This document shows positions 47,644-59,919 of a DNA stretch of 64,000 bases, piece by piece. How positions within the stretch are numbered: the stretch's first letter is position 1; each line of letters begins with the position of its first letter. The notes under the pieces were generated by a model. The model was not told the DNA's origin and ran no database searches. It saw only the letters and a program-made list of their open reading frames with translations. The stretch is from Lama glama. Its lineage: Eukaryota. Location of the stretch: NCBI GenBank assembly GCA_028534125.1, contig CM052817.1, positions 3,536,001 through 3,600,000 on the forward strand. The letters run 5' to 3'. Both the position numbers and the translations under genes were made by a program.

Positions 47644-49315
47644 GTCTAATACACAAGCACAAGAGTATGCGAGACAGAGATGTCCAGCTTCACTGTGACT
47701 CCAACCCGCATGGCCCCAGCCCAGGACAAGAAGCAGAACAGGGAGGCCCCAGAGGCCCCGAGCCCTTCCCGGTGGCAGCCCTGAGGTAGCCAGGGCCCGA
47801 CTGTGACGTCACGGGGGCCTCGCCGTGCTGTGCGGTTCTGCACCCTCAGCCCACGTGCGCGTCTAGACCCAGAGCTCGGCTGTCACCCGACACCAGGAGA
47901 CCCACCCAGCGCCGCGTTATGTGGACAAGGCACGTCCGCATCCGCTTCAGCTGTGTGGACCCAGCCCCACCCTCCCAGGCTGCTGGATCCGAGGGGGTGT
48001 GCATCTTGACCTTCCTGAAGAACAGCAAACTGTCCTCCCACTTGACACCGCCCGAGAGCAGCTTTCAGGTAGAGGATGGAGCAGAGCCCATAGAGGAAGT
48101 CAAACTTGTGCTCTCCAGAGCAGGGCTGCCATGGAGGGCGGGCCTCTTCTGGACACCGGCTCTGCACCAGGCACCTGTCCACCTTGCCCGGCATCATCTC
48201 CTGGCGGCCCTGCAAGGTGTCCAAACGTCCCCACTTCCCAGGCGGCAAGTGAGCGGATTGACTGACTTGTCCGGGGTCACACAGCAGATCTGAGTTTGGA
48301 ACCCAGGCCTGTCCAACTGTAAACCCTGTGCACGATTAAGTGCACAGAAAGCCGGCGGGAGGAGAGCTTTCCAGTCTAAAGCCCTCCCTCCAGGAGTAAA
48401 CTGGGGAGAGCAGGACCATACGTGACATCTCGACACAGGCAGAACATCGCTTAGTCTCCCCAGCCCCAAATCCCTCAAACTATCAGCTCCTGGACACTAC
48501 AGAGTCTGCGCGCTGACTCCAGCAAGCTGCCCCAGATGTGCTAAAACCTCAGGGCAATTTAAATGTGTTTGGTGTTTCCTGATTTACAGACGAGGCTCTG
48601 CAGAAAGCCTGGGCGGCTGGCCATGCAGGCACGATCGTAGAGGAGCAGTTATGGAGTTATTTCTGGTCTACCTAGCAAGTGGCCCACCCTTCTCCCTTCT
48701 GGAAGCCTCGGAGGGTTTGTTCTTACCAGAGAAGACTCAGAGAATGCATTCGCAGGCGGAACCTGGGCTTTGCTCCCCGCCTTTCCGATCATTTCTCACG
48801 CAGTAATTTTCAGAACCATTCAGAGCAGTGAGATGCACCAGCAATTAATCCGAAACATTAATCCTCCTGAGACCTGCCTTCCACTCGAAGACCAGCCTTG
48901 GCACCCTGGTGGAACCGTGAATGTCGGATAGGTCTGTCCCTGTGGCTCTGGGCCTCCCCTCCCCAGGACCAGGCCCTCTCCCCCAGCACCACGGCAGCTT
49001 CCAGCCCAAGATAAGCTACCCTTGGCCAGCACTTGTCAGGTTACCAGGCCTGTTCACAGTGAGTGGACCCACAGGGCCACCCTGAAGGAGAGGAGGCAGC
49101 GGTGGGCTCTGTTTCACCAGGGGAAGAAACTGCGTTCAGGCCAAGCCCCCTGGGCACAGAGTTAGCGTCAGGCTAGAGCCAGGACCACCCTCGCCCTTCC
49201 CCACAGCTCCTCTGAGCTCACAGGACCAAGGATACTCTAGTTTCCGATCTGCGTGAGGGGTTGGCATGGTGGGATGAAATTCTAATGAAGTGGTGGGGCT
49301 AACAATATTAACTGC

Positions 49316-49745
49316 CTGTGACAGTTTGAATTTCATCCTCCCCAAATTCACCTGCTGACCTCCTAACCCCTGGTACTTCAGACCGTGAACTTATTTAGAA
49401 ATAAGTTCCACTGCAAGAGTAATTCAGATGCGGTCACACTGGAGCAGGGTGGACCTTAACCCAATGCGACCGATGTTCTCATCAAAAGGGGAAATTGGAC
49501 ACAAACAAGCACATGGGGAGAAGGCCCTGTGAAGGTGGAGGCAGCGGCCAGGGTGCTTCCAGAAGCCAAGACGGCCAGCGCAGCCCCGGAAGCCAGGGCG
49601 GAGGCCTGCGACAGATCATCCCTCTCAGCCTCAGAAGGAGCCAGCCCTGCCAACACCTTGACTATGAACTTCTGGCCTCCGGAACTGTGAGAGAGCACAT
49701 TTCCATGCTGTAAGCCCCTGGTCTGTGGACCTCTTACAGGACACC
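49316..49745 (+). mobile_element. MLT1 LTR
   Basis: tgtgacagtttgaatttcatcctcccc...ccagccctgccaacaccttgactatgaacttctggcctcc. Confidence 0.88.
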
Positions 49746-51169
49746 AGTGCCCTTTGCTTAGCAGCTTCGTGCAGGAGCCTTAGGCTGGTGTCCAAATGTT
49801 GGCCTCGTGCTGCCGGCCAGGTGCCCTGGACTGGACCTCCCACCTCCTCTGATCTGCAGGGTCTTAGGAAGTTAAGGTTGCCTTTGATGGTAAATACTTA
49901 AATCTCAACCCCAAATGGCTTAAACAACAAGGAAAAGGAACCATCCTCACATAACCAGAGGTTCAGAGGCAGGGGTCACTCAAGGGACCCTAAGCAGAGA
50001 ACTGGTTCACCCTGTGCAGACCCTCAGCCCTCAGAACCGGGAGATAATGAGTGTGGGCTATTTGGGGTCATCTGTTATGCAGCAATGGGAAGCTAATACA
50101 GGGCGCAACCACGTGAGAACAGAAGTCAGCTCTCGGCCCCTCCTCGAGGGAGCCAGAGAAGCTACAACTCATTGACATGGGAGAACACAATTGAGATGAA
50201 TGAACTAGACCCACATGTATCAACACAGATAAACCTCCAAAAACTGGGTGTGCAGTGAGCTGAGCCAGTTGCCAAGGTGGTAACTGGTGCTGCCCTCTAC
50301 GTAAATACGGGCAGCCACAGGTATCACAGATAAAACATGTGATGCAGGAGCCAAGCCTCATAGGAATGGCAGCACCAGCCTGGGGACCAGAGCTGCTTCG
50401 GGTAGAGGGGGAGGCAGGAAGGGTCTGCACCCCTGCTGTACCGGCAACATTCAGGTCCCTGGATGGTTTTGGAGATCAGGAAATCTAAACCTGTAGAGTG
50501 TCCATGGTGGGAATGTCAGTGCATTGGGGTTATTTTCTGAATTTTTTGGCATGTTTTAAAACATTTGAAATTGGTTCTAATACCTGGGCCTGCCATTTAT
50601 AAACCAAGGATTTTGACCAAACTAAAAATCTCCAAATGCCTTGTAGTGCTCATGGCAGCAGGCTGCTGACTTGCGGGTGGGCCCGTCCCTCTGTCCATGG
50701 TCCAGCTGTCTCCTCTGTCAGCACAGCCGCTCCTGCCAGAGGCCCTGCAGCTCACTCACGGGTCACACTGTGCCCTCGCCCCTCCTCACAGAGAGTCAGA
50801 GCCCTGGATCTCGCTGGGGGGGCTCTGGCTGTGTGGGAGCCCAAGGCCACACAGGACTGCCTACAAGGCTCCAGGGGGTTCATGGGGCACCCCAGCCCTT
50901 GGGATCGGTGCCCAGTGCTGGCTGTTCTAACGAATGAAGGTGGCTACCCTACCTCATCAAGGTCATCCGTGGGCAGGCTCAAGCTTGGGGGTGGGATTCT
51001 GTGTCCTGAGCCCCACCACGGGCCAGCTTCTCCCTATGTGGTCTACTTACCTCCTCCCCACTTCTCCCACCTGGGCAGCGATAAAGTCACCCCTTACTCA
51101 CAGCCTCTCCTCTGCCTCTGGAACACCTCTCCCAGCCCCCAGCCCACACCCCTTCCCCCTCATCTGCCT

Positions 51170-51430
51170 GGCTAATGCCTCAAAGACTCCAGAACCACCT
51201 CCTCCAGGAAGCCTGCCCTGATCTCTGAGTGTGGGCCCCTGGGCCCCTCCCCTCTGGAACAGCGCTCACACATCACCTGCGTGGAATGAATGACATCGAT
51301 GTGTATGTCATCTCCCCCACTAGTCTGTGGGCTCCCTGAGGGCGGTGGCCATGTCTCATTCCTCACACACTGGGTCAGTGCGGAGTAGCCCTTCCGGGAA
51401 TGAGGAATGAAGGAATGAACAAACAAGTGA
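51170..51430 (+). mobile_element. L2 3' end
   Basis: cacctcctccaggaagcct...ctagtctgtgggctccctgagggc...gaatgaaggaatgaac. Confidence 0.65.
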
Positions 51431-52479
51431 GTGAAGAGACTTGCCCAAGTTCACAGGCATAGTTAATGGCCGACCCTGTACTCCTGATGCCGAGTGCACC
51501 CACCTCCCTCAGAGTGCCCACCCGGGAAACACACCAGCCCACGTGTCCTGAGCTGTCCTGAACTGTCTGCCCGCGACACTCTCCAAGCTCAGCTGACACC
51601 CAAGATGCCCGTTCCACCTTCCCCGGCCAGGTCGCCCAGGGCCCAGGAGAGGCAGCTCCCCGAGGAGGGGCCAGCATGGCCACGCTGCACGGGGCTCCTC
51701 TGCAGCCTCTGACCCCCGGGGCCTGAGCTGGACTCACACTGAGGGTCACTTTCCCAGAGCCTCAAGTTGGACTCTCTTTTAAAATTTAGAAACAAATGTT
51801 TAATGTAGGAGTCGCAGAGAACCGCCAAGTTCAGAGGTAGATAAAAAAGGGTATGAAGTAAAAAGTACAAGTGCTGTCCCTCCCGCCCCCGCAGCCACTG
51901 AGCACAGGTGGGTGTGGCTCCTCCCAGACGTTTGCCCCCCCCACCTGCATACGCGCGCGCGCACGCACACACGGGTATTTGTCTCATGACGCCCAGATTT
52001 ATATATCCTCATCCTGTCCTCTCCCTCCAACAGAGTCTTGTAGGCTCTGTCCAGAAGGAGCCTCTGAAACACGGGGGCCAGTACACGGACGGCCTTCGGA
52101 ACGATGCGGTTAAATGAATATTAGCCACAGCACAGAATCGAGAAACCATTTAAGAATCAAGGAGAAAAAAATGTGATCCAATGTCTTGAAAACTCCCACT
52201 CACCAACAGACTCTCCTTTGGGTGAACGAGAGAGAATCCTCGCTCGTGCCTTCATTCAACAAATGTTTCCTGCGCGCCTATCGGGGGGCAGACGCTACTC
52301 AAAGCACGAGGTGCAGGCCCAGCCAGGACCCTCCCCTCCCACACTTACTCTCTAGTGGAGGGAGGGAGACAATAAACAGAGAAATAGATAAAACTCTAGA
52401 GTCTATCAGATACTAATTCCAAGGAGAAAAAGAAGGCAGGAGAGAGGGCTGGGGGCACGGCGGGGGTCTGACCACCGAC

Positions 52480-52980
52480 CCTGGGCTCCGCTCCAGTCTC
52501 CTGGCCCATCTCCTTCCTCCCCCGCGGTTGGCACCCACCTGCGCCCGGGGTCCCTGCACTTTCAGACTCAGAGAAAACACCCCCTGGGCTCTGGACCTCT
52601 GAATGGCCAGTGAGGGCTGAGTGGAACCACACGGATCAGTGAGCGGATTAGCTCCTGGCGTGAACCTTGACCAGTAAGAAGCAGGGTGGAGAGAGGAGTG
52701 AGCAGACACGCCCCCCCCCCGTGCCCTCACCTGCGGACTCCTCCAAAATACAACCCCTTCCTGCCAACTTTCTGGAGAACTGCTGTGTGCTGAATGGCCT
52801 CCTGCGCATCGTCAGTTCACCATGACACTGGTGACACGGTGGCCCCTTCCCCCTCCTCACTGGTTCCCTTCCCCCTCACCCTTCCCCCTCACCGGCCTGG
52901 GCGTGCACCTCCCAGCTGAAGCGTCAACACCCCAATCCTAGCCTCAGGCTCTGCTTTCCTTAGGGCCACAGCTCAAGTGC
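52480..52980 (+). mobile_element. Old ERVL LTR (LTR16-like)
   Basis: gtgaaccttgaccagtaagaagcaggg...cacctcccagctgaa...cctcaggctctgctttc. Confidence 0.55.
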
Positions 52981-53002
52981 CCTCTCAAGATGCAATTTTA
53001 AA

Positions 53003-53113
53003 AGAAAAAAAAAAGGAGTTGCAGGAGTTAGCCTTGTGGGGGTGGATCCGTTTTGCGTCTTGACTGCAGTGGTATTTATATGAATCTACACATGTGATAA
53101 AATTGCATAAAGC

Positions 53114-53149
<36 letters not shown>
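53003..53149 (+). mobile_element. L1M 3'UTR fragment ending in (AC)15 (53117-53147), flanked by a 12-bp direct repeat
   Basis: gaatctacacatgtgataaaattgcata motif. tgcaattttaaa occurs at 52991-53002 and 53150-53161. Confidence 0.65.
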
Positions 53150-53153
<4 letters not shown>

Positions 53154-53824
53154 ATTTTAAACATTCCAAAAGGCACTATCCTCACTAAGAAAGGGCATTT
53201 GACAAAAGCTTCAAAGAGATGAGAAAAGCAGCCAGGTGGGTGTCTGGGGAAAGAGCGGTCCAGGCAGAGGGAAGGGCAAGTGCAGACGCCCAGGCCTGCG
53301 GGCAGATTGCAGGGGCGCTGAACAAGACCATCCCCACTGCCCTTTGGAGCCTGTTCCGACAGTGCTCCCCTCTGCTGCCATGCAGCCCAGCCTCAGACAG
53401 GCCTGCGCTTGCTCACCTGCCTGAAGGCCATCGGCCACCCAGAGGGCGGTGAAGGGTCAGGGAGATGCTGGCTTGACGAGCTTACAGCGTTGAGCTTGGA
53501 GGACCAGGCTCTCTGGCCTGGCCCCCGGCAGTTCCCTCTGGGTCCAGAACACACCTGTCCTGCCTCTTGCCCCCTCTTGCCTGGAGGAATCCTCCTTACC
53601 TGCTGCCATCACAGACCATCCCTCCAGCCCTTCCGCATCTGGTCATCCCTGAGTCACTTGCCAGCCGGGCCCCAGGCCTGGAGGACATCATGGTAGGTAA
53701 GTGTGTGGACTCATCTCGTCCCTGGGATGCAGATGTGGCTACTGAAGGTGGGCCCCCTTGCCCCAGCACGTCTCTGTAAATGGTACCGTTAGCCCCGTTC
53801 AGTCGCATCCCTCTGAAGTGAATG

Positions 53825-54228
53825 AAATGAGGGCTCTAGAAAGATATGACCCCCAGAACCGGCGACTATGACCTTATCTGGAAACAGGGCCTTTGCAGAT
53901 TAAGGCTCTTGAGATGAGCTCATCCTGGATTTAAGGTGGGCGCTAAATCCAATGACTAGTGTCCTTGTAAGAAAAAGGAGGGAGATCTGAGACACAGGGA
54001 CACTTAAAGGAGACAGAGTGAGGATGGAGGCAGAGCCTGGAGTGATGTGGCCACAACACAAACCCCTGGAAGCTGGGGGAGGGGCCTGGAACAGACCCTC
54101 CAGAAGCAGCCACCTGGCAACAACCGTGATGTCAGATTTCTGGCCTCCTGAACTGTGAGCGTGGATCTCTGCTGTTTTAAGGCATTCAATTTGCAGCAAC
54201 AAGGTCCTCCGGCCCTAGGACCCTGATG
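53825..54228 (+). mobile_element. MLT1C/D-like LTR
   Basis: tgaccttatctggaaacagggcctttgcagat...gatggaggcagagcctggagtgatg...ttctggcctcctgaactgtgag. Confidence 0.88.
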
Positions 54229-54876
54229 CGCGCTCTGCGGCCCTGGTGAGCACAGGGCCACAGAACAGGGGCTGCGGCCCGCTCTGGTCTGAGCAGTTCG
54301 CCCAGGAGAAATCACAGAGTACCCGGCACCCTGCGGATCTCGCCCTTCCCCGGCTGCTGCCACTGGTGTGGCAGATGACAGAACACACAGCCCCACAGAG
54401 CCTCTCTGCAGAGGATCCGAAAATCTGTCTCAGAAATGTCCCTGCTTTGCACAGCGTGTGACAAGCCCGCCTTATCCATCAAAGGCCCTGCTCAAGCCGC
54501 AGTTAGGGGAGGCCCACAGAATCTCATGGCCAAAACCGGGAACCAGTGCAGTCAGCCCTCGTCTCTGGAGGGGCCGCTCAGTGCGGGGAGTCTCACCCAC
54601 CCGGCGGCTTCTTCCTGCAGCTCTTGGGCTTGTGGACGGGGTGGATCCTGGGGCCTTGTGCCAGGACATCTGCAGTCTGCCCTCGTCCTTTGTCGGCTGA
54701 GAACAGCATGAGGCCGCATCTGGAGACAGACCCTGTGATCCAGCAAAAGCGAATGTTCTGCAGGGTCTTTCTTGTCAGGAGAAAACACAGCTGAGCCTCT
54801 GAGTTTGGCCAATTTTGTGTTCTTTCTCCTTCTGTGTTCTTCCCCCTTCCTGTTGGTCTGTCTGCTCATCAGTCAC

Positions 54877-55241
54877 TGTCTGAGTCAGCACTGCCTGTTG
54901 GAACAAAATAATGCAAACTAGGGGGTTGAAATAACAGATTTACTTCCTCATGGTTCTGAAGGCCAGAAGTCCAAGATCAAGATGTCAGCAAGGTCAATTT
55001 CCAGTGCGGGCTCTCCTCCTGACTTGCAGACAGCTGCCTTCTCGCTGTGCCCTCACATGGTGAAGAGCGAGCGAGCTTGGTGTCCCTTCTTATAAGGACA
55101 CTAACCCTATAGGCTCAGGGCCCCACCCTCATGGCCTCATTTAACCTTAATCACCTCCTTACAGCCCCTTTCTCCAAAGATAGTCACTTTGGGGGCTGGG
55201 GCTTCAACACATGAATTTGGGGGACACAGTTCAGCCCACAG
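54877..55241 (-). mobile_element. MLT1A-like LTR
   Basis: gaagtccaagatcaagatgtcagc...gcttcaacacatgaatttgggggacacagttcagcccaca. Confidence 0.9.
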
Positions 55242-55404
55242 CCATTGTCTTACCCTCCATGTTTGGCTAATCCAAAGGTCTCCTGGGATGACATCTTTTG
55301 CATTCGGTCAAGTGCACAGCAATCTCTGGGGATGGAGACAGAAGTGGGCCCCCCTCCTCCACAGAGGCTCACCCCATGAGAATCCCAAATCCACACCTGG
55401 CAGG

Positions 55405-56364
55405 TGACAAAGATTCCCTCCTCAACCCAGCTTGAAACAGCCTCCACGACACCCTTTCTCAGGCTGCCACCTTGGCCTGCAAAGACTTGAACAAACACCA
55501 ATGTAGTTTCTAACAGCTCAAGGGCCACCTCCCTAGGAGGACTCCAGTCGCCCTTTAAGAGTCTGCCTGAGAAGCTGAAGGCTCACAAGAACTTAGTTTG
55601 TCCCAGCTCACACCTGAGGAGGGCACGTGTCCCAGCCTCTGTGAGAGGGGAGGGCCTGACTCCAGCACAGTAAGCAAACCCAGGTGGGTGTCATGTGTTC
55701 CTACACCCCATCCCACTCTGTAATTTGCACCTCCCTGACTTCATCAACCACTCCTCCACTCCCTTACTCTCCCTGTAGGACGCCCAGTCATCTCTGCACA
55801 GATCCAAGGGAAGCTCAGGACACGCTGGACTCTTCCCTGTTGTGATACTGTTACCTACCAGGTTCTCAGAGTCCCTAACCAACAGAAAGAAATTGATACG
55901 AGTCCAGACGAGAAGTTCAGGCAAGGCTTTACTGGGACTCTTGCTGCAAGAGGGAGTGAAAACAAGTGACAGGTGCCCTTGCTCACTCCCAGAGGAGGGG
56001 CGAGCTAGTCCCTTAGGTGGGGTGAGGGTGAGAGTGGGTCCAGGGTTGGGCTGCAGAGGTGGCTTAGGTGGTCTGCCCACCCTGTTGGTGGTACTGTGTG
56101 CAGGGATTACACACAGGACCCTGCTTTTGCTCCCAAAACCTCAGAAGTGGCAGTTGGGTTTTTGGCCTTTTTGTATCTTTTTGTTCATAATTTGCCCCAA
56201 TCGCACATGCACACAGTTGTTTTTAGTTCCTTATAGTTTCTTTGTGTTCTGTTGCTCTAGGAAACATTCATCTGCAGCAAGGGTCCCAGGTCCCAGCCTA
56301 TCTCGAATAGTTACTACTGACTGAAATCTGTCACAGTAGCTAGTGTCCGGCTTTATCTCTGACA
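55405..56364 (+). mobile_element. Old ERV1-type solo LTR (MER34/MER39-like), split by a younger LTR
   Basis: Begins tgacaaagattccctcc and ends tttatctctgaca. The flanks cagg/ctgg resemble a degenerate 4-bp TSD. Confidence 0.6.
55849..56305 (-). mobile_element. Younger solo ERV LTR nested in the older LTR
   Basis: Plus-strand termini tgttacc...cctatctcg (TG...CA-like). The host LTR sequence resumes on both sides. Confidence 0.7.
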
Positions 56365-57537
56365 CTGGCCACCCACCCAGCGCACATGGGGTCTCCATAG
56401 TTAAGCTAAATTTTCATGCCAAATCGCAGATCAGAGCCTGAAGAATCATTCACTCCCTTGTCCCTTTAACAAACTGTGCATCCTACTGTGTGCTGTCATT
56501 CACAGTGAATACACTTGAACTGTTTACACAGGCAGCCTAGGGTAGTGGGTGCTGTGGGAGGGGGCCAGCCACAGGGGGCCAGGGTCCCGGAGGGCACAGA
56601 ATGCCAGACTGAGCATGACAGGAGGCAGTGGAACGTGCTGCTCGGAAGTCCCTGTGCACAGGCACCGCTCCCGCCACACCAACCAGGCCTGCCCCCGACA
56701 CGCCGGCTGACTACCAAAGTTCACCCCCCACTGGAGAAGCCGCCCTCCTCACCCTAGGAAGGATCTTGACTGGCTCCTGAGAGGTCTAGAATGCCTCTCA
56801 GGGCAGCAGCACACATCTGTGAGCAGACTGTGGCCCTGCACACGACATGAGCCTCTGCAGCAGGGACACACCATGTCTGCTGCTGTGCTCCAGGCTGAGA
56901 GCCCAGCCCCAGGCCTGGGCAGAGGGCTCAGGCTCCGGCTGGCCAAGGGCGCTGGGAGCTTCCGAATCCTGCACAGCCCCGCCTGGGCTCCGGGCACGGT
57001 GATTCTTATCTCCCGCACTCAGATGAGGATAATCAATCTCCATTTGGGATAGGAAAGGGGGATAAGCATTGCTACCCACACGAGAGAAGTAAAAAGACTG
57101 CTCTAAGAGCCAGAGATGATTAATAGCTGGGATTTTGATTTATGAAGGGAGATTAGAAAAGCGCAGTCAGAACAGCTAGAGGGGGTAACGTTCCCCAGTG
57201 CAGGGGAACATTAGTGCTGAGAAATTCCATTTCAGGGCTGATCTGTGGGGTGAAAGCAGAAAAAAAGCTGCCAAATGAACGTGTGCTTTGGAAGTAGGGA
57301 ACAACCTGCCAATATCGAGAGGGGTTTCCTGCCGGTTGGCGGAGAATCGCCCCACAGGCAGCAGGGACCAGCAGCCACGCTCTGGACGTGCAGTTGCACG
57401 AGGACCACCCACGCATCTCGCTGGTGTGGAAGCCAGGCCCTCGGTGTCCCAAAGGTAACACATCCAGGGGGAACCGTAGGACATACATCCCAACAGAGGT
57501 GACAGGCGGTTCTCTGACCTGGTCCTCAAAGGGGCCT

Positions 57538-58446
57538 GTAGCCATCAGGGTTCTCCAGACACAAAACCAACAGAGAGAGAGAGAGAGGGGGGGGCAAGGA
57601 GTGTGTGTGTGTGTGTGTGTGTGTCTGCCTGCAGAGAGACAGAGAGAAAAAGAGATTTATTTTAACCAACTGGCTCATGCAATTGTGAGGGCTGGCAAAT
57701 CCAAATCTGCAGGGCAGGCAGCAACATGGAGGGACCTGGAGGTCATCATCCTAGGTGAGGTCGGCCAGAAAGAGAGAGAAAAGGACCATATGAGACCATA
57801 TGAGATCACTCATGTGTGGAACCTAAGAAAAGGACACAAATGAACTTATTTACAAAACAGAGACAGACTCACAAACATAGAAAACAAACTTGGGATTACC
57901 AGGGGGGAAATGGGGTGGGGAGGGATAAATTGGGAGTTCAGGATTTGCAGATACACATTACCATATATAAAATAAACACCAAGGTCCTACTGTATAGCAG
58001 AGGGAACTATATTCATTACCCTGCAATAGCATATAATGAAAAAGAATATGAAAAGGAATATATATATGTGTACAACTGAATCTCCATGCTATACACCAGA
58101 AATTAACACAGCATTGCAAATCAACTATACTTCAATTAAACACACACGCGCACACGCACACACACAATCTGCAGGGCGAGCTGGAGACCCAGGGAAAACC
58201 TGACACTGCGGCTGAGTTTGAGGGTCGTCTGCTGGCAGAGCTCCCTCTTCCTCGAGGACCTCAGTCTTTTTCCTCTAAAGCCTCCAACTGATTAGGCGAG
58301 GCCCACCCACAGTAGAGAGGGTCATCTGCTTTTCTCCAAGTCTATGATTTAAATGTTACTCTCATCTGAAAAATATCTTCACGGTGACATCTAGACTTGT
58401 GTTTGACCAAATATCTGGGGGCCCCAGCCCAGGCAGATTAACACAG
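57538..58446 (-). mobile_element. MLT2 LTR with internal (GA)n/(GT)n, interrupted by an L1 3' end
   Basis: tcagggttctccagacacaaaacca...gagatttattttaa...tctagacttgtgtttgaccaaatatctggg. Confidence 0.9.
57716..58165 (+). mobile_element. L1 3' end nested in MLT2, 12-bp TSD, (CA)n-type tail
   Basis: aatctgcagggc at 57704-57715 and 58166-58177. The aatgaacttatttacaaaacagagacagactcac L1 3'UTR is present. Confidence 0.9.
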
Positions 58447-58519
58447 CAAGCAGACCCTGGCGCCAACAAGGAGTGGCCAATCCAGGAGAATCAGGGCTCC
58501 AGGGTGGGGGGCCCCAGCT

Positions 58520-58680
58520 CTGCACCACCAGGCATGTGAGTCCTACTTGAGCGAATCTCTGAACTCCTCTGGGTCTCAGTGCCCTCATCTGTAAATGGGG
58601 ACAATCACAATGCTTACCGACAAGGAAGCCACGTGGCTCAAATGAGGCTGACAAGCACAAAGCACTTAGAGCTCACCAGG
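58520..58680 (+). mobile_element. MIR SINE
   Basis: ctctgggtctcagtgccctcatctgtaaatggggacaat...aaagcacttagagc. Confidence 0.75.
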
Positions 58681-59919
58681 CTGGAAGTGAGCTACCCCTC
58701 ACTGCTCCGTCACCAGGCTGCCCTGCAGCACAGCTTTCCTGTTCTTAAATCAGACCTAAACTATCATACTTCCGGAAATAAAAAGCAGTAACTCACCAGC
58801 TGGGGACGTCCCTCATAACATTCTGGTCTATTCCTCCTGGATGCTTTACATTTACTTTTCCCCCCACACACGTGTCATATGGCATGAATAATTTTGCTTT
58901 TTGTTTTTCACTTAAAATGGAACCATAAGCGTTCTCCTACATTATCAAATTTTCTCATCATCACCATTTTTATTAAAACGATACAAAATCTTATAGCACA
59001 TAAATATATAATAACTTATTTATTATCCTCTCTTGTTTCCAAATGTTTACTACTGTAAACGATTCTGATAAACATCTTCTCACCTATTTATTTCTTTGTC
59101 CAAATTCTTCTTCCTCCCTTAATTCCCCAGATTGAATTCCTAAACCAAATAAGAAGGCCCTTGAGAAACAGTGACAAATCACTTCCCAAAATCTTATTTT
59201 AATTCAGCTGCCTAAAGGCTGGGTTGTGGCCTCCTCCACGGCCGCTCGGGACCCCACAATGTGCGTTTCAGGGGCTACTCTCAGGCCTGGTCTTAATCTC
59301 ATCTCTTTAATTCCCCTTCACTCTAACTCCCACAAAGTTATAGTTGTGAAAACTTTCAATCATGGGCAGAGCAAGGTGGCACATACCTGGTACTTGAATT
59401 TCTTTTCCTTACAGTTTAAGGAAGTTCTTATAGTTCTTGAATTCTTACAGTTTCTAAAGCTCTTAAATTCTTACAGTTTCTCATCATTCCTTCTATCACT
59501 GCTTGAGATCTTTTTATTATAAGAAATGAAACACGGCAGACACAGGCCTCCCTCAGACCCTCCCCAGGGCCTGCCCTCCTCCCTCTCCCAGGGCGACAGT
59601 GCGGTGAAACTGGGACACACACATCCAGCGTTTCCACTTTCACTGCGTGAAAATTTCTCCACAGAGAAATTAGGTAATTGTTTGGTGTTTTTGAAATGTA
59701 TGCAAAGCATAACTGTATAACTTGCTCCTTCCTGAATGCTGCTCTAAACCAAACTAAAATGCAAAATAAACAAACAACACCTTCTCTGAGGCCTCTTAAG
59801 AGCCCTGACAGGACCTGTGTTACCTGTACTAACAACATCATGTCCCACTACTTTCTCTCTTAAAGAAAACAAAGTTTATCACGGGTCCAGGGAAACACAT
59901 ACAGATGTTTTTAATTCCT

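Noticed and set aside
59405..59485. Short repeated ttcttacagttt units resembling an array or splice acceptors
   Set aside because: Only 3-4 degenerate units, consistent with local slippage. There is no spacer structure or following exon.
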